A stretch of DNA of 63,837 bases, counting the filler, from Ministeria vibrans ATCC 50519 (Eukaryota; Protista; Filasterea), in the NCBI GenBank assembly GCA_943704425.1. It is 4 parts of 4 records of this genome, joined end to end, with 100 filler letters (N's around TTAATTAATTAA, not from the genome) between each part and the next. Parts side by side here need not be neighbours in the genome. Positions count along the whole stretch, not along the records: positions 38,643 to 63,837 come from CALSCP010001226.1; 3 more parts are not named here. The stretch is one strand, 5' to 3'. Below, piece by piece: positions 41,334-52,313 of this stretch. Both the position numbers and the translations under genes were made by a program. The first letter of the stretch is position 1. Every line of letters starts with the position of its first letter. The notes beneath the pieces are model-generated. The model was not told the origin of the DNA, searched no databases, and saw nothing but the letters and a program-made list of their open reading frames with translations.

Positions 41334-44300
41334 CTAGAAACGCAGAGGGACCTTGCGGGAGCGAAGTTCTCTCACACGACCAACAGCGGGCGGAGGAGCT
41401 GCGTCGGTGATGTCTGCAGTGGACTCGGCGGTGGCTGTGCGACGGCCGAGACGCATGCGAAGTTTCTTGACGACGGGACTGTTCTTAAGGCGAGACGCGA
41501 GAGCAGACCGGACAGGTGATGAGGGCAATTTTGTCTCCTCTGTCGTGTGCGACTGCGATTGCTCTTGCTCTTGCTGGTGCTTCTTCTTTGTCGTTCGCTG
41601 GAGCGTCACGTCAATGACATTCTTTGTTGTTGCTCCTCCCAGCGCTCTCTCGAGCGAGTCGTCGGTGCCATTCTCATTCGGCTCTGCTTCAATGTTGTCA
41701 TCATCGTCGCGCTCCTTACGCTTCATTTTGACGGGTCCATCGGCAATGGCTCGCTTGTACGACTCGACACGAGCGGCCACGCCCGTCTGCTCGACGACCT
41801 CAGTGACGGCCGCGCTTGCACTCCCCCGCACCCGTCGCACGCGCGATCCTCCGCTACCCGTGCTGCTGCTTGAACGTGTCAGGCCCTTTCGCGCTCGCAC
41901 CACTGTCTTAGCGGGGGGGAGAGAGCTCTGCTGGTCATCCACATTCGTCCGGGCGCGCTTCTTTACCCGTCCCTCTTCGGCGTCGTCTTGACCTGGCTGG
42001 TTTTCTCCTTCGTCGTGTGACCTCATCTCCATCTCCAAGGCGTCTCCTTCCTCACTCATGGCCGACACATTGCGTTTCACAGCGCTCCGTCTACGCTCCT
42101 CCTTGTCCGTCGCCAGCGACTTTTCGCGCTGCAGTTGCTCCAGCTTGGCCATACAGTCACGCAGAGCCTGTCGTTCACGCTCCAGCTGCACGTTCATCTG
42201 CTCATTGCGACGCGACGTGGCCTCGCGCTCGCTGGCGACCGCCATGGCCGTCTTGTGGACGCAGTCACGCAGTCGCGCATAGTCTGCCTCAAACACCTTT
42301 GCACGTTCCTGCTGTGCCTGCAACTCTTGCTTGAGCACTTCCACCGTCTCCTTGTCCTGACTCTCCTGCTCTCGCTTGTCTTCCAGCTCAAACAGGCGTC
42401 GCTCCAGCGCCGCAATGGTTTCCTCGTGCGCCCGGCAGGCCGTTTCGGCCGCTTGTGCGCGCTCCACGTAGTCCGACAGGCGCATCACCTCAGCTTGTGC
42501 GCGCTGCACACTCGCCTCGAGCAATGCGCGCTCCTCTCCCCACCCTTGCTCGTGCTCGTCTCGTTCACGTGCAATTTGTGCTCGCTCCTGCTCCATCTCT
42601 ACCTCGAGTGCACTCACCTGCTCTTGCAACTGACTTGTCTCGGCCTTGTAGCGATTGGCCGTCTCGGTGAGCTCCAGAACAGCGCGTTGCTGTGCGTCGA
42701 GTGCGCCGCGCATGGCCTCGAGGGCCAGACGGCGGCCGGGGGAGGACACGCGACGGCGAGACATTGGCGTAGTACTGGGAGCACTCGTGGTGATACCACT
42801 GGTGACAGGTGTGCTTGGAGTGAGCGCACTGAGCTCACTAGCACTGCTTGAGCACCAACGCTGCGCGTGCGCCTGCTTGATGGCCTTCTTGGCGCTCTTG
42901 GTCACAATGTCCATGCGCAGGTCCATTGTTGCCTCTGTGGCCGCCTGCTCATCGTCCATGCACGAGTGAAAGTTGTTTTCCAGCTCGGCCAGCTGCTGGG
43001 CCATTTCGGCCGCAACCTCCTCGCGAATATCCGCTTCCATCGACGCGAGGCGCTGCTCGTTCTCCAGCAGCTTTTGCTGCATGAGCTCGAGTGTTGCAAG
43101 CAGCTGCGCGTTGACCTCGGGCGGCGGAGCGACGGCGACTGCAGCCACAGCGGACGCGACCGTCCGCGAGTGCTGTACTTTGCTGGGAACTTCAGTGAGA
43201 GTGCGCACTTGCTTTGCAACTGCACTAAACTTGAGTGCGTGAACTGTCTCGTCAAACTCACTCAATGACGGAGACACATTAACGACCATTAGTGCACGAC
43301 CACTGCCACTGAAAATGTTGCTGAAGAGACGCGTAAGTTTGCTCTCGCGATACGGAACAATAGACTGAGAGTGCGCGAGAGATTTTCCCGTGGACTTGTG
43401 CTTGAGCTTCATCTTCTTCCGTTGGTTGCGTCGCAGTGCGTCCATGCACTTGCCCAGTGTCAACAGTGATGTGTTGATGTTGCTGCTCTCTTTAAGCCGT
43501 TGACCCGTTGCGTTTGTTTTGCTCTGGCGCTCTGAGCCGGCCAAGTCGACAAAGGAGAGCGATGAAACGCGACTTTGGGCGACAAGTTGACGGTCAGTCA
43601 GGTCAGCCGAGTGCGCAGGAGTACGCACAATGCGCACCGAAACAACACAGTGACTGCGACTGCTTTGCTTGTTGAGGACAGTATCTGCCACGCGACGATT
43701 GAGCTGACCAATGCGCACGAGCGCCCATGCCTCGTCGGCCGTGTCTACGCAGACCTCGGTGAGCCCCTTGATGTACACGTTGTGCTCGCGGTCCTCAGCC
43801 AGCTTGAGAGGGGTACGCCGGTCGTGCGTGTTGCGCGGAGGGGCGACAAGAAGATCGTAGATAAGCTCGTTGTAAATTTCGCAGTAGGACATCCAGATGG
43901 AGAACTCGTGGGACGTCGTCGTCGTCGTCGTCGTCGTCGTCGCGGTGTGGTCTTGTTGGGGAGGGGGGTTGTGGAGTGAGCCGGTGGCGACTGCGCGCGG
44001 GTCACAGACACGAGTGGCTGCGTCACGACGCTCCTGTTCGAAAAGGGTGCGGATCATGGCGGCAGTGGAGTCCTCACTTGTGCTGGTAGTAGTAGCAGCA
44101 GGGGGAGGGGGCACGATGGTGTCACTCGTGGTGGTGGTCGTGGTGGGGAGAGGTGGGTCGTCGTCGATGAGGATGGTCTCGCCCGTGGGCGCATCGAGAC
44201 TAGTAGTAGAGAGGAGTGAGTTGTTGTGGGAGTGAAGGAGGTCGTCGGTGACGACGGCGAGAACACGGGCGCGCTGGGCGGCAAGTTGGCTCGACTGGCG

Positions 44301-45308
44301 CGAGGTGAGCACGGCAACTTCATGGTGTCGGAGAGGACGGCAGCGGGGGCTGGTGGGCTGCAGGTGGGCGATGCCGTTGAAGAGAAGATCGAGCGAGCGG
44401 GGAAGCAGACCGCCGTCGGTGGGCGTGCCTTGCATGGTGTGCGTCTTGCCGGCGCCTGTGACGCCGTACGTGAAGACGAGGCCGTCGTGGCCGTACTGGA
44501 CGGCATCGTCGAGCAGCGGGAGCACAGTCGTGTCGAAGAGCTCCTGCTGCGTGGTGTCCTGGTCGCACACGCGCGAGAATGAGTAGGTCGAGGCACTGCC
44601 AACGCCCGCCTGGCGCGCCGCCTGAGAGCCCTTGGGACAGCGCGCCTCGATGGTGGAGTCGTTGACGATGGTGACACCAGTGCCGTCAGACGACGTCTGC
44701 TCGCCTTCAAGAGGCGGGCGCATCCGCAGGTAGACGCGCATGGCTTCCGAGCCGCCTGTGGAAGTGGCTGCGGCGGGTGCCGGGCCCGCAGACGGCGCTG
44801 GGGCGGTGTGGAGTGCGCTGGAGCGTTCAAACGCGTCGTCGTCTTCTTCGTCGTCTCCGTCCGCCCGATCGCTGCCGTCGCCGTCCTCCTCGTCGTCTTC
44901 GCCCGAGCCGGTGGCCGTGGACTCGTTGAGCAGCGACGTGTCGGCGTAGTTGGCGTCAAACAGCACACAGCGCAGTTTGGCAACTTCTTCGGGTTTGTCG
45001 GGCGACGCTGAAGCCACGACGGGCGTGAAGGAGAAGCGGATCTGGGCGGTGTGTGTGTGGGGGAGGCACAAGGGTGTGTTACGACGGTTCGTGCGCCCTC
45101 CCATGCCTCTGCTTACCTTGTTTTCGCCTTTTGGCTGTGGCGGCGTTTTTGAATATTTTGAAAAAGTCGCTTTGCTCTGCGTTTGCTCGTCGGGACTCAC
45201 AGGAGCAACGGCGTCGCTGGAGAACGAGTCGTCGACGGCAACATTCTTCTTGGGCGGCGACGAGGACGGCGCTTTGGCGGCGCCTTGTCGGGATCGCAGA
45301 CGCGCCAT
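41334..45308 (-). CDS. Kinesin-6 (KIF20/MKLP-like); probable 75-nt in-frame intron at 45042-45116
   Basis: MRVYLRMRP, FTYGVTGAGKTHTM, GLLPRSLD, long loop-6 insertion, YCEIYNE, SSRSH, DLAGSER, VPYRESKLTRLF, ALKFSA, IREEV..EM neck, coiled coil. Confidence 0.92.
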   Translation of the reverse strand: MARLRSRQGAAKAPSSSPPKKNVAVDDSFSSDAVAPVSPDEQTQSKATFSKYSKTPPQPKGENKVSRGMGGRTNRRNTPLCLPHTHTAQIRFSFTPVVASASPDKPEEVAKLRCVLFDANYADTSLLNESTATGSGEDDEEDGDGSDRADGDDEEDDDAFERSSALHTAPAPSAGPAPAAATSTGGSEAMRVYLRMRPPLEGEQTSSDGTGVTIVNDSTIEARCPKGSQAARQAGVGSASTYSFSRVCDQDTTQQELFDTTVLPLLDDAVQYGHDGLVFTYGVTGAGKTHTMQGTPTDGGLLPRSLDLLFNGIAHLQPTSPRCRPLRHHEVAVLTSRQSSQLAAQRARVLAVVTDDLLHSHNNSLLSTTSLDAPTGETILIDDDPPLPTTTTTTSDTIVPPPPAATTTSTSEDSTAAMIRTLFEQERRDAATRVCDPRAVATGSLHNPPPQQDHTATTTTTTTTTSHEFSIWMSYCEIYNELIYDLLVAPPRNTHDRRTPLKLAEDREHNVYIKGLTEVCVDTADEAWALVRIGQLNRRVADTVLNKQSSRSHCVVSVRIVRTPAHSADLTDRQLVAQSRVSSLSFVDLAGSERQSKTNATGQRLKESSNINTSLLTLGKCMDALRRNQRKKMKLKHKSTGKSLAHSQSIVPYRESKLTRLFSNIFSGSGRALMVVNVSPSLSEFDETVHALKFSAVAKQVRTLTEVPSKVQHSRTVASAVAAVAVAPPPEVNAQLLATLELMQQKLLENEQRLASMEADIREEVAAEMAQQLAELENNFHSCMDDEQAATEATMDLRMDIVTKSAKKAIKQAHAQRWCSSSASELSALTPSTPVTSGITTSAPSTTPMSRRRVSSPGRRLALEAMRGALDAQQRAVLELTETANRYKAETSQLQEQVSALEVEMEQERAQIARERDEHEQGWGEERALLEASVQRAQAEVMRLSDYVERAQAAETACRAHEETIAALERRLFELEDKREQESQDKETVEVLKQELQAQQERAKVFEADYARLRDCVHKTAMAVASEREATSRRNEQMNVQLERERQALRDCMAKLEQLQREKSLATDKEERRRSAVKRNVSAMSEEGDALEMEMRSHDEGENQPGQDDAEEGRVKKRARTNVDDQQSSLPPAKTVVRARKGLTRSSSSTGSGGSRVRRVRGSASAAVTEVVEQTGVAARVESYKRAIADGPVKMKRKERDDDDNIEAEPNENGTDDSLERALGGATTKNVIDVTLQRTTKKKHQQEQEQSQSHTTEETKLPSSPVRSALASRLKNSPVVKKLRMRLGRRTATAESTADITDAAPPPAVGRVRELRSRKVPLRF

Positions 45309-45409
45309 TGTTGAGCTGTTTGAAAAATAAGTATGGTTGTCAGCGATTGATTATTATTATGAATGAAAAAGATATTTTAGTCGAAAATATAAAAAAAATC
45401 CGATCAAAT

Positions 45410-45460
45410 GTGATTTGATCCAAGCGAAGTAGAGCGGTAGCGGAAACTGCAATGTTGGAG
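45410..45460 (-). promoter_or_regulatory. Conserved 51-nt upstream element (copy A), ~100 nt before the kinesin-6 ATG
   Basis: Reverse complement ctccaacattgcagtttccgctaccgctctacttcgcttggatcaaatcac matches 59542-59593; function not shown. Confidence 0.5.
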
Positions 45461-45534
45461 GCGTATCAGACTCGCGTATCAGTATGCAGCCTCTGAATCC
45501 AACAACACCAACGTTTAAATTTGCAAGGAACAAG

Positions 45535-45816
45535 CTGAACAGAAGCTGAAATGAGTAGATTTTCTGTGTGTAAATAGGAAAATTCTGCTCGATCCTGAAA
45601 AATCCTGCTCGTAAAAACTTATCCTGCTCACTCCTGCTGAGTCCTTTAGGTCCTACGGGCCACGGGGGACTGCCGGGGAGGATTGCAGGAAAATCCTGGC
45701 AGGAAAAACGTTCTTTGCAGGAGTTTTGGTTCAGTTTTGGCAGGATCAATTTCCGATCAATTATCAATCCTTAATGATTATCCTTAGAAATGCCGATCAC
45801 TGATTTTCTGTTCCAG
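45535..45816. mobile_element. Degenerate foldback/MITE-like inverted-repeat element
   Basis: Left arm carries tcctg(c) repeats and right arm gcagga repeats; nested inverted matches ctgaacagaa/ttctgttccag, ggaaaatt/aatttcc, gatcctg/caggatc. Confidence 0.35.
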
Positions 45817-46603
45817 TTCCCATCTTCTATCTTCAGAGAAAACACAGAGCCGAACAGTACGTATATGAACTATGGAGTGTACAGTTGAGAGTGCCCTGGT
45901 GCAGTGGTGCTTGTTCGTTTGTGGTTTGTGACGTGACCAACCCCAAATACTGCCATTCCCTGCAATTTGGGGTTTGTTTTATGGGCACCCATGTTGGTTG
46001 GGGCGTGTTTAGTCTATTGGTAGCGGATGTGTGATAGCGAAGGCGCTAATTATGTGAGCCGGGTCGTTTTTTCTTTGTTGTTTCTCCTTTTTTTCTAAGT
46101 AGCACTTTCAATTTCGTATTTATGCGTGCATTGACCGGGTGCTGCATATATGGTGTGTACCGTTGTAGGGTGTGTGTTGCCTAAGGCCGCGGTTTCGCGT
46201 GAGAGCCGCTTTCGTTGTTTTTTTTTTTTTTCGTGAACCTTCCCCGTTCCTTCCCCGAAACCCCTTCGAAACCCCTCGCCTGGCTTGCTAGGGAATGCAT
46301 ATTGGAGTGTGTCGTATGTGTGAAAGAATTGTGAGTTGATTATCTTGTGTCTTGGTGGTGGTAGTGTGCTGGCCGAAGACTGTGATTCCACTGTGATGAA
46401 ACAAACTGTACAGCTGTGATTTCAAATGTGTGAGAGTTTAGGGCCCTCTCAATTTTTTTATTTATTAATACGAACCAGAAACCCTCATTCGCTTCACTCG
46501 TTCGCTCTGACCTCCCGAACCAAAACTATTATTTATTCGTATAATGAGAGGGGGCTCTTTCGTGTCTTGTTACGAGTTTAATGTTACTTTGGTTTAGGCT
46601 CAG

Positions 46604-47683
46604 ATGTTGGCCCTTATTGTTTGCACACTTGCGCTTGCCAGCAGCATTTCCGCCGACAGAAGTCGTTGCCAACTGCAAGGTGAGTAAGTCTCGTTTTTCG
46701 ACAGACATATGAAGAAGAAGAATACGCGATCGATTTAGATTAACAATCTTTCATCACAGCATATTGCACTGGAGGGAGCATTAAAGTCGATAGATCGACT
46801 GCCGCTACTGCCGATTTATACCGACACCTCCAAATCACACAAGTATTAGATTTTAAAATATTATGTTGGTTATATATTATAATTAATTTAATTTTCTCTC
46901 AGCTTTCCTCGAACAATAACTTTGTGTCGTTGGACACATTTGGCAATGGAGCATCAGCTTTTGACGCGGCCATTGAGTCAGCTGAATCAGGCGACAACGC
47001 AGTGCACATCCTCGCCGTGTCCGTCAGCGATGATTGTGCCTTCAGTGCTGTGTCACAGGGCTCGACCGCGACCGAGACCACCAACGTGGTGGCAGGCCAT
47101 GTTACTGGTGATTACAATGCTAGCGTCACCCCCACCTGTACTGTTCTGTCCGTGAAAAAAACTGTCTACACCGATTAAAGGAACAAAACATCTCTGAACG
47201 AACAAAAACTGTGTGTGAAACATTTTTTCTGGTTCCATACAGAGAAATCGTGGTGGTCAATGTCTTTCCCTTTGCTTGTATTTGGGCAACATTCTGAGTT
47301 TTGATATCGCTGTGCAACTCTACCCCACTTCTGGAGTTCCAACGGTCAGCGATGTGGCCTTCAGCAGCGTACAGGGTTTCGCCGCCCCTGTGCCGCTCGT
47401 CGTGGCGCCGACAGCCAGCGTCACGTCAAAGGCACCCGTTGACTCTCCGCCCGAACTCCGTCCAAACTCCGTCCTCCACAAACCTACACAGATCGCTGCC
47501 AAAGTAGTCGGGCCGGTTGTAGATTTCAAAGATCTTCCCCTTGCAAGGGTGCTCGTCACCCCAATGACCTGGAAAAAGGTGCTCGTGCCCGTCGTCAGGT
47601 TGAACGTGTCGAGCGAGCAAAACGTGAAGCTGCCGCCAACCCCCAAGGGAAGGGAGGCGGAAGTTGTGAACGCGATCAAATAG
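46604..47683 (+). CDS. Hypothetical secreted protein, about 4 exons
   Basis: Signal peptide MLALIVCTLALASSISA, GT-AG introns, exon ORFs 46902-47150 and ~47243-47683. Confidence 0.55.
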
Positions 47684-47944
47684 TGTTGTTATTATTGCAA
47701 AATGCAAATATTTATCTGACGATTATAATATTATTATTTAATATTTTATATTTTTATTATTATTGTAATTATTATTATTATATCAAATATCTACGGAGTA
47801 CGGGAGTAGCGAGTAAATAAACAGAGTAATAGTGATTGCGGAGTATCTTTCAATAACTTATAAGTTATTTATTTTTAAGTGTTCGTTTAACGCTCACACA
47901 CATAGTGAACACACACAATTTTACTTTTGTTTTTTTTTAAGACA

Positions 47945-48720
47945 GGTGTCCGACGAGTGGGAAATCCAGTGGTAAGGGAGGCGGGAGCGAGTGGGCAGAC
48001 GGGAGTAGAAAGCGGGTGACAGGGAAAAAATCAGTTTTTCAATTTCCTTTTGAACTTCTGATTTATTTACATTGTAACATTCAGACTTCTTTTCACTGCT
48101 CAGCGCATTGGGAGGGGTCCAGTGGAGTGACTTTGCCTGCACGCTACTGATGATGCCTTCTTATAATTGTAGGAATGAGTGGTAAAAAGAAAGCAGCTGA
48201 GGAGTGCGGGAACAAACCGACAACTGTTGTGTTGTGTTGTGTTGTGTTGTGTTGTGTTGTGTTGTGTTGTGTTGTGTTGTGTTGTGTTGTGTTGTGTTGT
48301 GTTGACGGGATAGATGACTGTGGGGGAAGGGATCTATGATCATCGTTTTCTTCGTTATTATGTAGGATCGGTTATGAGTCAGATTGATTGATGGTTGGCT
48401 GGGGCCTGTGTGTATTAGAGTTTGATTTGGTCCTGGAGAGTGCAATGGGCGACGCAGAGACAGTGGCGCAGATGGAGGGGAGTGACGGTGACGCAAAGGC
48501 TCTGGGAACAGCACTGGATCTGATGCGCTCTCTTTTGCAGCCAAAGACGGGTCCTTTGGCGGTCTCAAGGTAACTGAGAGAACGAGAGAGAGAGAGGAGT
48601 CAGAGAAAGTATGTGTGTGAAAGAGACGATTGTGTGAACATGTTTAACTGTGATTTGTAGCGACAGCTCGGCAAAGATGGAACTAGAGCGGTGTGGGTCT
48701 GTCCGAAACACACTCACTGA
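47945..48720 (+). CDS. Small multi-exon hypothetical protein or gene remnant
   Basis: Exon-like blocks with donors (gtaagg at 47972, gtaact at 48570); last exon RQLGKDGTRAVWVCPKHTH*. Confidence 0.35.
48224..48304. repeat. (GTTGT)n pentanucleotide microsatellite
   Basis: About 16 perfect copies. Confidence 0.95.
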
Positions 48721-48820
48721 ACTCAATGTCATTTTAATACACCTTTTTTTATATTATCATTACATTTTACATTTTTGCTCTCATTCTCTTTTCGCACTTC
48801 TTTCTCTCTCCCGTCGCGTC

Positions 48821-50575
48821 TCACAGTTCACCGGCCGTAAAGGCGCGCATGACCTCGGGCGTTGCGGTGTCAAAGCCCACCACATCGAGCATTCCGCGGT
48901 CGTCCGGATCGGCAATGGTGAACCCGTTGGAGCACATGCCAACGACAATGAGACGCGCATCGGGCAGATTCATCCGTGAGCGGTATCGCTGGAGAGCCAC
49001 TGTCGGATGGACCTTTCCGGCCCACGTCTCACTGTCCGTGTACACGACAAACGTGTCAATGGCAAGTCGGTGCTCGAGCGCATAGAGCATCGGCTGAGCA
49101 CAGTCAGTGCTACCAAAAGGCATGCGAGAGGTCTTGGCAAGGACCTGTGCAAGCGACATGGACGCGTCAAGGGCCAAGGGCACGAGCGTGTCGGTGAACG
49201 CCATTGTCTTGCACAGAGGCTCGGTGCGCAATGCAACCATCGCCATGGCGGCAGACGCTTCTCGGCACGAGAGCACGTTGGAGCCGGCGCACGGCGCGCG
49301 CATGGAGCCACTCACGTCGAGTGCGAGCAGGTGGCGCTTGCCCGTCGACTTGATGGCGCCAAAGGCCAAGTAGAAGGCGGCATCAAGGGCTGCCAATACC
49401 TCGGGGTGCACCGTCCAGGTAAGGGAGCCCTTGACGCCACGGCCGCGCTCGTAGGTGCGCAGCGCCACCAGCACACTCATTGGGTGCACGCGCGCCTGGA
49501 TGAGCCGGTTCGCGTCTCTAAGCTGCGCACACACACGCTCGAGTTTGTCAGCACGGTCAAGCACACCGTTGGACGAGAGGCGACCGAGGTTGCGCATGAG
49601 TGCCGTCATGGGCATGTCCTCGAGAAGGGCGCACCAGACCTCCGGCTGGCGGAGCAATGGCGAAGGAACGTGCTCCCACGCGAGGTGGTGTCCTTTGATG
49701 AGTCCGCAAGCCTGTTCGATCACCTCCTCGGCAACAATCTCGGCACTGCCCGCCTGCTCGAGACCACGCAGTTCCTCGACGCCACGCAAAAAGACCACTG
49801 TGCGCACGCCTTCGGCCGCCACTTGAGAGCTCTGCTCATCTTCCGCCATGTCCATGTGCAGGCGAGTCACCAGGTCGTTTTCGCCGACCGCACTGGCACC
49901 CTTGACACAGTAGCGGAACACCAGCTCGTGGCCGTTGGTGAGAGCCTTGGGATGTGCCAGACGCAGCACATCGCGGTGCTTCCAGCCGAGACGCTCGCGG
50001 TACTTGGTCACTGTGTAGGCGAGCTTTTGTGGGCTGCGTCCCGTGTACCACTGCGAGACGGCGCGGCGCTGGGCACGGCCCCAGCCAGTGCCCCCGGTGC
50101 GGCTTCCACGTGAGAGTTTCTCACTGGCAGCGAGAAAGCCAAAGAGCATGGTGGGGGTGCGGCACACTTCGGAGAGGACGGCGAGCGCGGCGCGGCGCAC
50201 CTCTTCGTCTTCGGCACGGTGGGCACAGTAGGCAAGCGAGAAGATGAGCGTGTCCTGCTTGCACGTGCGCCCGGCAACACTCATGTCGCGCACCGTCTGG
50301 ACCACTTGGGGCCCCTTGCCGTCGGCGAGCATTCGCTGGAGCACCTCGACGTTTTCAATGTTGAGATCGCGCTCCTTGGCGTAAAAGGTGCCGCCTTCGG
50401 TGCCGAGCACAAGGAAGCGCGCAAGGCGCTCTTCGTCGCTGGCCTGGTACGAGTGGCCGCCTGCGCTGTTGGCAACCTGGCCCGGCAGCGGCTTGGACTG
50501 GGGAACGTCGTCGCACGTCGGCGGAAAAGTTGGAGCGGAAAACGCCTGAGCCAAACGGGTCAAAAGAGAACTCAT
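48821..50575 (-). CDS. RO60: Ro60 RNA-binding protein (TROVE plus vWA), intronless
   Basis: QVANSAGG, RFLVLGTEGGTFY, GWGRAQRRAVSQWY, TKYRER.GWKHRDVLRLAHP, MPMTALMRNLGR, ALDVSGSM (MIDAS), TDSETWAG, FTIADPDDRGMLDVVGFD. Confidence 0.97.
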   Translation of the reverse strand: MSSLLTRLAQAFSAPTFPPTCDDVPQSKPLPGQVANSAGGHSYQASDEERLARFLVLGTEGGTFYAKERDLNIENVEVLQRMLADGKGPQVVQTVRDMSVAGRTCKQDTLIFSLAYCAHRAEDEEVRRAALAVLSEVCRTPTMLFGFLAASEKLSRGSRTGGTGWGRAQRRAVSQWYTGRSPQKLAYTVTKYRERLGWKHRDVLRLAHPKALTNGHELVFRYCVKGASAVGENDLVTRLHMDMAEDEQSSQVAAEGVRTVVFLRGVEELRGLEQAGSAEIVAEEVIEQACGLIKGHHLAWEHVPSPLLRQPEVWCALLEDMPMTALMRNLGRLSSNGVLDRADKLERVCAQLRDANRLIQARVHPMSVLVALRTYERGRGVKGSLTWTVHPEVLAALDAAFYLAFGAIKSTGKRHLLALDVSGSMRAPCAGSNVLSCREASAAMAMVALRTEPLCKTMAFTDTLVPLALDASMSLAQVLAKTSRMPFGSTDCAQPMLYALEHRLAIDTFVVYTDSETWAGKVHPTVALQRYRSRMNLPDARLIVVGMCSNGFTIADPDDRGMLDVVGFDTATPEVMRAFTAGEL

Positions 50576-50926
50576 GTGGGAGTGTGAGGAGGCGGACCCG
50601 GGTTAGGTTGGGCTGGTGGGGTCGGTGAAGGACGGGAAAGAGAGAATAAAAGTGATGGGCGAGCAGGAGAGCGGTTGTTCAATGTGGCGGGAGGAGAGGG
50701 TTGAGCAAAGCATCTTTCGTCATGGCGACGAAGCCTCATGATGATGTGAGCACATCCAAAGGACGACAAAGCGTCGGGCGACGTTGGCCTTGCCATGTGC
50801 TTTATCTGCTGTACACGTAACACGTGTGCATCTGGTCGTACTAAGGTCGAAGTAGCTTGTCAGATAGTGAACTGAGACACGCAAAACATTTTTCCATAAT
50901 AAGTCGCTCGAGAAATATGATTGTGT

Positions 50927-52270
50927 TCACTGGTTCTTCTCGACAAACTCAACACCCTTCTTAATGTTGCCATTAAGCTCGTCCATCAGACCCTTGAGCT
51001 TCTCCAGCTCAAACGGACTCATCTCAGGGAGTGCATGGGCCGTCTGAACACCCTCCTTGCCCAGCGACAGCTTGACAGAGAAGTACTCGGTGCCGGGCAC
51101 AAGGTCAGTGCGGATGTACGCGTACTCAGTCACACCCGACTCCCCCTGTGCCGCACGCAGCAGCGAGAAGACAAATCGCGCACCCGCGAATGCCATGGAC
51201 AGGGTCGCGGAGCCCGCACCTGCTTTGGCTTCAACCACTTCAGTGCCCGCGTTCTGTGTTTTTTTATGAGTGTGCATCAGAGATAATTAGTATCAAGTGT
51301 AATTGATGGTGTGTGAGTGTGCGAGAAAAAATTATGGTTATAGTGAGTGAGTATGAAGTGTGATTGATTGTGTGTGAGTGTGTGAGAGATAGTTATGGTT
51401 AGTGTGAGAGAGCATCAAGTGTGATTGTGTGTGAGGTGAGAGATATTATGGTAGGTAAAAGTTTCGAGTGTGATTGATTGTGTACAAATTAAAAACAACA
51501 CTATACGAATATTACCTGAATGCGGTCAGTGAGCTTCGCAATGGTGTCTGCGTCAAAGGAGACCTTTGGCTGAGCCTGTGAGAGCAAAGGAAGAATGGTG
51601 ATGCCCGAGTGACCTCCCACGACCGGCACATCGACCGACTGGACGGGCACGTTGGCCTTCTCGGCGACAAACGCATTGGCTCGCACCACGTCCAGCGTGG
51701 TCACGCCAAACAGGCGCGATGGGTTGAATGTGCCCGCCTAAACGAATATCCATGAGAGGTCAGGACTAATAATTATGATGATTAATTGTACCTTCTTGGC
51801 TGCCTCGGCAAAAATGGGGACAGTCGAGTTGACTGGGTTGGAGATGATGCCAACCGAGGCGTTGGGGCAGTACTCGCAGCACGCCTGAGTGGATGAGCAA
51901 TCAACGAAAGACAAGACTTATCTGTGTTTATACCTTAGCAAGTGTGTGCACAATCGAGGCATTGGTGTTGAACAGATCGTCACGGGTCATGCCGGGCTTG
52001 CGGGGGACACCCGCCTATGGTACGGGCACCACAGAGAGGGAGGAGGGTCAGCAAACGCCAGAGTTGGGGTTCAGATCAGAATGACGTACCGGGATGATCA
52101 CGACCTCACAGCCGGTCAGGACGTCCGCAAGGTTGTCGCTGACGGTGACCTTGGCAGGCGTGTTGATGTGGCTCAGGTCGGCAGCAACTCCGGGGGTGCC
52201 GCGCACATCGTACAGGGCAAGCTCGCTGACCAAAGGTGATTCCTAGATCAACGATTTGTGATCAAGACAA

Positions 52271-52313
<43 letters not shown>

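Noticed and set aside
50600-50880. Possible Y RNA (ggctggt..., tctggtcg...cttgtcaga) or C/D snoRNA (atgatga...ctga) upstream of Ro60
   Set aside because: There is no full bulged-C stem, pyrimidine loop or oligo-T terminator, the hairpin is only ~35 nt, and I see no convincing terminal stem or guide.
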